Assembly: GCA_963709585.1 (NCBI GenBank)
Contig: CAVPXI010000008.1
Location: 20,258-84,257 of the forward strand
Direction of reading: 5' to 3'
DNA from: Candidatus Dormiibacterota bacterium
Lineage (GTDB): Bacteria > Chloroflexota > Dormibacteria > Aeolococcales > Aeolococcaceae
Length of the DNA: 64,000 nt
The notes under the pieces are model-generated. The model worked only from the letters and a program-made list of their open reading frames with translations. It did not search any database and was not told the DNA's origin. The translations under genes and the position numbers were made by a program. Positions 57,213-64,000 of this stretch are shown here, one piece after another (the stretch's first letter is position 1; every line of letters begins with the position of its first letter).

Positions 57213-58871
57213 TCAGCATCCAAAGCACTGATCAGGCAGGTTGCGAGCGGTGGTGCTGTTACTCAGCGTCACGGGAAAGGCGGTGAAGAGACCTCCCCCA
57301 TGCGCCGTGATGCCAGGGCTCGCCGTCAACGTGTTGCCCGACACCGTGCTACCGGACAGTGTGAGCTGGACCGGCGGGGTGGCGCAGGGGACCGGGCCGT
57401 TCCAGATGCCGCCGCCCTGGACCTTCCCAGAAGCGCCTCGCGCCGTCCCTGTGTTGTTCTCGACGACTGTGCTTTGCAGCATCAGCAGCTCGTCGCTCTG
57501 GATGCCGCCGCCCTCGACGATCGCCGAGCCGCTCGTCGTCGTCGCGGTTACGCGATTGTCAGCGATGACGCTATCGCTGATCGTGGTCACTGGGTTGGTG
57601 CCGCCAATGAATGCCCCACCAGCGGCCTGGGCAGTCCCGGCCGATGAGGTGGCCTCGACGCTGTTGGAAGTGAATCGAGTGTTGCGGATCGGGCCAGGCG
57701 CATTCATCTCGCCGGCGCCAGAGTTGGCAAAGGCACTGCCCGATGAGCCAGCCGATGTGCTCGCGCTGACGCTGTTGCCGCTGAAGGTGTCGTTGGACAG
57801 CACGAGCGCGAGCGGGCCATCGGAGTGAAGGCCGCCCGAAGTCGGCGGTTGCGTCACCAGCCGTATTCGTCGCCCTGACGGAATTCTCGGAGATCGTGGT
57901 GTCACTTATAGTTCCGGAGGTGGAGGTGGAGACATGAACGCCTCCGGCGATCGCGCCCAGCCGCCGGTCGCTGATGCAATCCGTTGGGTTCGTAAACGGC
58001 AGCGAAGACGAAAGCTCCGCCGCGTTGCCCGTCACGAAGTCGTGGTTCATCGTCAGTGTCGCGCCCTCAACATAGATGCCGCCGGAGTCAACGAAGCGAC
58101 CGTTGGGCGCGGTCGTGCTTGCATGGTTGTTGCTGATCATGGAATCGTTGACCACGAGGGTGCCCGTCGGCTCGACCATGATCCCGCCTCCATTTGCGTC
58201 GCTGGCGAGCGTCGAGAGCCCGGATGCGGAGCCGATCAGGTTCTCGCTGACCGTAGTGTGGGCGAGCGTCAGCCTGCCCCAGTCGTCGATCCCGCCACCG
58301 TCCGCTTCGGCGTAGGGGCAATTGACGTTGCCCGGGCACGGAGATCCGATGGGGAGAGTTCGGGTCGGGGCGGCCCGGTTCCCGGTGATGACGCTGTTCG
58401 TGATGGTCACGGTGGCCCCAGTGCCGGCCTTCGACTGCGGGATCTCGATGCCGCCCCCTTGCGCGATGACACCGGAATAGCTCGCAATCCCGACCCCGGG
58501 GTTCGACTGGGGGCTCGAGCGAGTCACTCCGCCGGTGATCGTCACGCCGGCGATCGAGACAGTCGGCTCAGTCGGCGCCTCGTACATGCCGATAGTCAGG
58601 ACGCTGTTCCCACCCCGGATGATGGTCGACGTCGCCCCTGCCCCGATGATCGTGACGCTCACGTTGACGGTGACTTCGCCCGAGAACGTGCCCGAGTTCG
58701 ATCCGGATCGTGTTACCCGCGTGGGCTGCAGCGATCGCCGCCTTCAGCGTTGAGTAACAGCCTGAACTCGCCGCCAACGCACAAAGCGTTCTTGGCAGGT
58801 GCCGGGTTGCAAGCCACACCCCCCGCGACAAGGACCCCGCAGGCTACCGCAAGAAGGCGCTTGGTTCGCAT
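57213..58871 (-). pseudogene. secreted right-handed parallel beta-helix repeat protein, at least 3 frame disruptions as sequenced
   Basis: Four frame segments: signal peptide MRTKRLLAVACGVLVAGGVAC...; then CYSTLKAAIAAAHAGNTIRI; then SNSGTFSGEVTVNVSVTIIGAGATSTIIRGG...(GGGI/N-x-[ST] repeats); then ...GGLHSDGPLALVLSNDTFSGN...PDQCFGC. Junctions lie near 58779-58790, 58695-58712 and 57831-57846. Confidence 0.65.
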
Positions 58872-58884
58872 CAGATCCACCCCG

Positions 58885-59193
58885 TCATCGCAGTCTGCCA
58901 GTTGTGTCTTCTGTGCCCCCATCCGACCAGCGCCACTCGATCACGCGCTCGATGGGGATGGACGCGTGCTGGCTGACGGCTCGTATCTCAGGTTCATTGC
59001 CGTGGAAGAGGCAGAAGACGGTCTCATCTGCCGGCATGAGGATTGAGCCGACGAACCAGACGTTCGCGCCCGCGCAACGCAGTTGTGTGGCTGCAGCCTC
59101 GATGCGTCGTGCTGCGGTGGCGAGTTCTTGGTCATTGATGCCGGGCCAGTAGCACTCGACCAGGTAGCTGTTGCCGGCGCGGTTCGCGAGCAT
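58885..59193 (-). CDS. DUF4242-like small protein
   Basis: YLVECYWPGINDQELATAARRIEAA...VFCLFHGNEPEIRAVSQHASIPIERVIE resembles the DUF4242 family as I recall it. First gene of the minus-strand operon. Confidence 0.5.
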   Translation of the reverse strand: MLANRAGNSYLVECYWPGINDQELATAARRIEAAATQLRCAGANVWFVGSILMPADETVFCLFHGNEPEIRAVSQHASIPIERVIEWRWSDGGTEDTTGRLR

Positions 59194-59310
59194 GCGTTCG
59201 AGGGTACGGGCGCGGCCACCGGAGAGGAATCGGGTGTTTCCCTACTTCTGCGAAGGTCGCGGCGGCCTGAGGACTTTACGGTCGCCAACCACGTGTGCAA
59301 GAGTGCGCCC

Positions 59311-62108
59311 ATGCCGGACGGCATCCTGGGACGCGAGCAGGAGCTCATGGTTGCGGCAGGGCTCCTCGGAAGGCTGGAACACGGGCCGGCTGCCCTCGTC
59401 TTTGCAGGTGAAGCGGGGATCGGCAAGACGACGCTGTGGCGGGAGGCCGTCGATCGTGCTCGGGCGGAGCCGGTGGTGGCCCTTGTTGCCTCCCCCGCAG
59501 CCGCGGAGGCCGCACTAGCTTTTGCCGCCCTCGCCGACTTGCTTGAGCCGGTGGTTGACGGACTGCTGCCTGAGCTCAGCGAGCCTCAGCGCCACGCCCT
59601 GGCGATCGCGTTACTCCGCGAAGGTCCTGGCTCCCGACGTCTCGACCAGCGCGCCGCATCGGCAGGCGTGCTTTCGATATTCCGAATGCTGGCCGGGACA
59701 AGCAAGGTGCTTGTGGCGATTGACGACCTCCAGTGGCTCGACCAGCCATCTGCCCATGTGCTCGGCTATGTAATGCGCCGCCTGGGGGATTTGCCGGTGG
59801 GGGTGTTGGCTTGCGAACGGCTAGGAGAGGTGAGGGAGCTTCCGCTTGATTTGCGCGCCGGCCTGGGCGAGGAACGCTTCGTTGGGATGGAGCTGGGGCC
59901 GCTCAGCCTTGCGGCCTTGCACGAACTCTTGAAGGAGCGGCTGGGCAGGTCCTTTTCGCGGAGGACGCTCACCCGCATCGAGCAGGTGGCCGGAGGCAAT
60001 CCCTTCTTCGCCCTGGAGATCGGTCGCGCCTTGCGGGAAGACCTGCCGTCTGGCGCTCCAGCGGTGCCGATTCCGGAGAACCTGCGCCAACTCATCGAGG
60101 GTCGTATGGCTGGCCTTCCCAAAGCCACGCGCACGACGCTGCTCGCCACAGCGTCACTTCCCGCACCGACCGTTGATGTCGTGGCCTCGGCAACCGGCAC
60201 GCTGCCGTCAAACACACGTCGGGCTCTTGAGCGTGCGGCCGCAGCCGGACTGGTGAGGTTGGATGCCTCCAACGTCCGCTTCTCTCACCCGCTTTACGCA
60301 GCCGTCGCCTACTCATCAGCGGTCCCCAGCGAGCGCCGTCGGGCTCACAGGCGGCTCGCTCTGGTCAGCACCGACATCGAGGAGCGAGCCCGTCATCGTG
60401 CGCTGAGCGCGGAAGGTGACGATGAGGAGGCGGCTGCGCTCCTCGAGGCTGCAGCAGAGCACGCTCTGTCGCGGGGCGCGCCGGAGACCGCAGCTGAGCT
60501 GGCAGACCACGCGCGGTTGCTGACACCGCGGGATCAGCATGCCCGGATGCAGCGGCGCAGCATCCAGGCAGCCGAGTACCGCTTCCACGCCGGTGAGCGA
60601 GAGCCGGCACGGTTGCTACTGGAGGAGGTCCTACGTGAAACTCCCGCCGGGCGCGTGCGGGCGGATGTGCTCGTCCTGCTCGGTGAAATCCGATATCACG
60701 AGAATAGTTTTCCTGAAGCGATTCGTCACTTCGAGGAGGCGTTGGAGCATGTGGGCGACGCTCTGGGGGTGAGCGCTGCGATTGAAACCCAACTCGCGTA
60801 CAGCTACAACGCGATCGCCGACTGGGCCGGCGCTGAGCGGCATGCAAGCCGCGGGCTGGAACTCGCGGAGCAGGCCGGTGAGCCCGGCGTCCTGGCGGAA
60901 GCGCTCGCCGTCCACGCCATTGCGACCTTCCTGCTGGGGCGGGGTCTCGATCGAGCGCAACTCGAACGAGCACTCGAGTTGGAGGATGCTCAGCGTCAGG
61001 TTGTCGTCGAGATGCGACCGAGCCTGATCGCCGGATGCCTGGAGCTGTATCTAGGCGAACTGGATCGATCGATCGCCTATCTGTCGGTCCTTCGCGAGCG
61101 TGCCCTGGAGCACGGCGCAGAGAGTGATCTCGTCTTTGTCAGCGGCCAGCTGGCGTTGGCGCAGTGCTGGAAGGGCAACCTCGGTGCTGCCGCGACGTAT
61201 GCGGACGAAGCCATCGACACAGCGACGCATATCGAAAGCGACTCCGCCTCTGCTCCGCGCTTGCGTTCGGCGCCGTAGCGGCTGCATTTGCGGGTGACGT
61301 CGAGGTGGCGACTAGCAGAGCCGCGCAAACGTGCGCCCTAGCAAGTGAGACGGGATACCGCATCGGGATCATGTGGGCAAGTTGGGCACTCGGCGTCCTT
61401 GAGCTCGCTCGTGGCGACCCTCAAGCCGTCGATGCCGTCCTCGGGCCGTTGGCGACGATGATCGAGCAGGAGGGTCTCGGGGAGCCAGTGCGCGCGATCC
61501 ACCTCGCCGATGAGATCGAAGCGTTGATCGCCCTCGGGCAACTGGGTCGTGCTGAGCGACTGACGGCCATGCTCGAGGAGACGGGAACGCGCCTCGAGCG
61601 ACAGTGGACTCTCGTACAAGCCAACAGATCCCGCGCGCTGCTCTTGGCGGCGCGGGGCGAACTAGATGCAGCCTCCCTGGCGGCCAGCCAAGCAGTTGCG
61701 CTCTGCGCTGATCTTGAACCCGGGCTCGAGGTCGCGCGTTCGCTGCTTGTCGCAGGTAGCGTCGAGCGGCGGCGGCGGCGCAAGCGAGCGGCGAGCGACA
61801 TGCTGCAGCGGTCACTCGAGATATTCGAGCAAGCGGGCGCGCGCCTATGGGCGGAGAAGGCGCAGAGAGAACTCGACCGGGTCGGAATCCACCGGGTAGC
61901 AGGGAAGCAGCTGAGCGCCGCGGAGCAGCGCGTCGCCGAGCTTGCCGCGTCGGGCTTTACGAACCGCCAGGTCGCCGGCGCGCTGTTCATGAGCCCAAAG
62001 ACGGTGGAAGCGAATCTCGCCCACGTCTATGCCAAGCTGGGCATACGCTCACGCGCCGAACTCGGCGCCCGAGTTAGTACTGTCCTTTTGGGGGACCCGC
62101 AAAGGTAG
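59311..62108 (+). CDS. large LuxR-family regulator (N-terminal AAA/P-loop ATPase, TPR-like middle, C-terminal LuxR HTH; LAL/MalT-like); frame disruption as sequenced near 61241-61255
   Basis: Internal ATG at 59311: GREQELMVAAGLL...LVFAGEAGIGKTTLWREAV (Walker A), VAIDDLQWLD (Walker B). C-terminal LSAAEQRVAELAASGFTNRQVAGALFMSPKTVEANLAHVYAKLGI. Two track ORFs join if one nt is added. Confidence 0.8.
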
Positions 62109-62508
62109 GGGGCGCTTGTCAACGCTGACAAGTTGACACCCGTGGCGCCGGTGGCTTTGGCCATTTCCAGCACACGCGGTTGCGCTTGCCGGAAGGTGAA
62201 AGGAGCTACAGGCGCTTCCGGCCGCGTGTTCTTGGCCGGCGCGCTGCTGTGGACCATGGGACCGGGACAAGACTTGGGCTTTGTGTCCGATCGGCGAGGT
62301 GAAATGCAGGTGTTGTAGTACGTGATGACCACAGCACTCGGAGGAGCGGCGGACTTCAAGCGCCCGACCCTGCGCGGCTCCGCTCGAGGGCCCTAACACC
62401 ACTTTCTCCAGGTAGTGCGTCTAGGAATTCCTGGACACGTACTCTCGGCGAGTTTCACGCGGTCGGCCGCCGACCGAAGCCGGGCCACTCCGTATTCAAA
62501 TCGCGGAG

Positions 62509-62617
62509 TGGAGCGGGAGACGAGGCTTGAACTCGCGACCCTTACCTTGGCAAGGTCCAGCTCCAATTCCGAATACGCGAGGAGCTGAAAACGGCCTTGC
62601 GGCGCCTACTTCCCCGC
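62509..62617 (-). ncRNA. tRNA-Gly(GCC)-derived ~109-nt tRNA-like element, copy 2 (encoded CCA, pairable acceptor ends, extra 7-bp hairpin)
   Basis: RNA: GCGGGGA-AGUAGGCGCCGCAAGGCCGUUUU-[CAGCUCC-16 nt-GGAGCUG]-GACCUUGCCAAGGUAAGG-GUCGCGAGUUCAAGCCUCGU-CUCCCGC-U-CCA. The 5' GCGGGG pairs with the 3' CUCCCGC. Not a canonical cloverleaf. Confidence 0.45.
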
Positions 62618-62928
62618 TGGATCGATGCTGTTCGACGCGGAGTTGACGGCGGGCGACGTCAAGCCACGACGACCTGTCGGTGATCGAGTGAGAGCACACT
62701 CGCGTGTGCGAGGACGCTCGTAGCTGAGAAACTGTGACTAACGTGGTGCAGGGCGATGGGTAGGGTTCGGATACAAGTTGCTCGACGCGGAACTGTCGAC
62801 TAACAAGTTCGTCGGGGTCACCAGGTCCACCGCGCAGCAACCAAAGCGATCCTGACGGTCCCGCGCCAATGGCGCGAGGCAGCAGCGGCCGCCGACGTGG
62901 ACCCAAGATCACAGAGAACCCACGAGGC

Positions 62929-63630
62929 CTATGCACTCGTGGCGAGTTGCCGGACCGCAGCTCGAAGGAGGTCTTCCTCCGTGTCCTCGGAGAGATTGGA
63001 TGGCCGTCCGAACACCAGGCTGGTGGCCGGGAGTACCAACATCGCGGCGACCGGGTACGTCGCGATGTGCAGATGCAGGGCTGGTGGACGCGGGCGCATC
63101 GACCGGAACTCCTCGTAGAGGCGCTGGCGACGCTCGAAGCGCTGCTCGACGGAGGTATCGAGATCGAGTGGGATGGTCGACGATGTAATGGCCCGCCAGC
63201 GGTCGAGACATGTGGCGAGAGCGATAAGGGTCCTAGCGTCTCCGGGCCATGCGGCAAGAATGTCTCCCGCTTGTCCGTGCTGTCGAAGTGCTGCCTGGAC
63301 TCGAGGATCGGCGAAGTTGGGCAGCGCAGATGGCGGAGATGCTCGGAACGTCTGAAAAAGTGACGCCTGAGCCTGAGCGTGCCGTGCGACGAGCTCCAGG
63401 AGCCATGCGTGCCATGTGTCTCCGTTTACCCCGGCCGCTCGAAGGCTGCCGTTGCCTTCGGCATGTTCCACAAATGGCTCAACCCGAAGGCCGTCATCGA
63501 GCAAAGTCCACACTGCGAAAGCAACAGGTCCACTATCCCATTCCTCCCAAGTCCATCGATCCGGGTCGCTAGCGGAGAACACGTCGTCAGTTTGGAGGTT
63601 CGCGAATGCTCGCGTGGGCTCGAGTGACAT
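62929..63630 (-). CDS. hypothetical protein
   Basis: 233-aa ORF with protein-like, Trp-rich composition (WTWEEWDSGPVAFAVW...). No motif I recognise. Confidence 0.5.
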   Translation of the reverse strand: MSLEPTRAFANLQTDDVFSASDPDRWTWEEWDSGPVAFAVWTLLDDGLRVEPFVEHAEGNGSLRAAGVNGDTWHAWLLELVARHAQAQASLFQTFRASPPSALPNFADPRVQAALRQHGQAGDILAAWPGDARTLIALATCLDRWRAITSSTIPLDLDTSVEQRFERRQRLYEEFRSMRPRPPALHLHIATYPVAAMLVLPATSLVFGRPSNLSEDTEEDLLRAAVRQLATSA

Positions 63631-63743
63631 TTGCGGACCCTGGCCTGGTCGACGAGCGTAACGGGTGAATCGCGCCGACCTTCAAGACCCGTTGATACCC
63701 TCCCCACGCCCTACCAACCGTCGGCGCCCAGAGGAATGTCGAC

Positions 63744-64000
63744 ATGACCTACGCGCTCCTGTTCGACTTCGATGGCGTGCTAGTCGACTCCACCCCTGCC
63801 TACCGTGCGGCCTGGTCGGAATGGGCACGAACCTATCGAGCAAACGAGGCGTTCATTTGGGCAGACGCACACGGACGACGACCTGATGACATCATTCGTC
63901 GCGTCGCGCCCCGCGTTGACTTCTCAGAGGCGCTTCTGACGTTCGATCTGCTCCTTAGCGCCGCAATCCCTGGGCGCGTGACTCCGTTGCCGGGTGCCCT
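63744..64000 (+). CDS. HAD-superfamily hydrolase, N-terminal part; 3' end lies outside the window
   Basis: ATG 63744 preceded by GAGGAA. MTYALLFDFDGVLVDSTPAY carries HAD motif I (DxDGxxxDS). The frame is open to the window end and is not in the ORF track. Confidence 0.7.
   Translation, partial: MTYALLFDFDGVLVDSTPAYRAAWSEWARTYRANEAFIWADAHGRRPDDIIRRVAPRVDFSEALLTFDLLLSAAIPGRVTPLPGA

Noticed and set aside
25286-62108. Programmed ribosomal frameshifting as the explanation for the frame changes.
   Set aside because: No slippery heptamers or conserved stimulatory structures were seen at the junctions. The affected families (CoA ligase, BoxC, FdhA, ECF sigma, LuxR) are not known to use recoding of this kind. 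The sites are short homopolymer or low-complexity runs. Indel error or mutation is more parsimonious.
55673-62617. The two tRNA-Gly-derived elements as a simple attL/attR pair of one integrated island.
   Set aside because: Their homology extends about 60 nt beyond the tRNA-derived core on the same side, which attL and attR of a single integration would not share. No integrase or excisionase gene lies in or beside the segment. A more complex history remains possible (see findings).
62496-63257. 253-aa minus-strand ORF overlapping tRNA-like copy 2 and the adjacent non-coding region.
   Set aside because: Its translation is Ser/Arg/Pro-rich without motifs. It overlaps the structured tRNA-like sequence and partly overlaps the better-behaved ORF at 62929-63630 in another frame.

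Overview
GC-rich bacterial chromosomal segment with an Actinomycetota-like gene repertoire: LLM/F420-type oxidoreductase, DinB/DUF664, ROK regulator, actinobacterial-type xylose isomerase, and an APC permease next to a trkA pair. All calls rest on my reading of the sequence and the ORF translations; no database search was run. Left to right: (1) a type III PKS, ICMT-like methyltransferase and FAD oxidoreductase cassette. (2) A DedA-ArsR fusion, a PiT/DUF47 phosphate pair and an HD-GYP protein with an extracellular PKD-like tail. (3) A xylose locus: xylA, xylB, a ROK regulator, and an ABC importer whose ATPase-permease unit occurs twice. The two units share a 1,033-bp perfectly identical block, but the permease bodies are strongly diverged. 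(4) An APC permease fused to an OB-fold domain, divergent from two trkA genes. (5) An incomplete benzoyl-CoA epoxide (box) cluster. (6) Small detoxification and hydrolase genes. (7) A complete selenocysteine module (selD, tRNA-Sec, selA, selB) abutting a three-subunit formate dehydrogenase. Its alpha subunit has an in-frame UGA in the canonical Sec context. (8) FUSC, Kelch, ECF sigma and acyltransferase genes. (9) An IS110-family insertion sequence. (10) A 6.8-kb segment bracketed by two homologous ~106-nt tRNA-Gly(GCC)-derived elements. It carries a DUF4242/beta-helix/TolB-like operon and a large LuxR-type regulator. Cross-cutting caveat: at least ten single-site frame disruptions interrupt otherwise well-conserved genes between 25 and 62 kb. 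Several sit in short homopolymer runs, so either the assembly has uncorrected indels or these genes are decaying. No rRNA genes or CRISPR arrays were seen. Many long ORFs in the six-frame track are antisense shadows typical of high-GC DNA.
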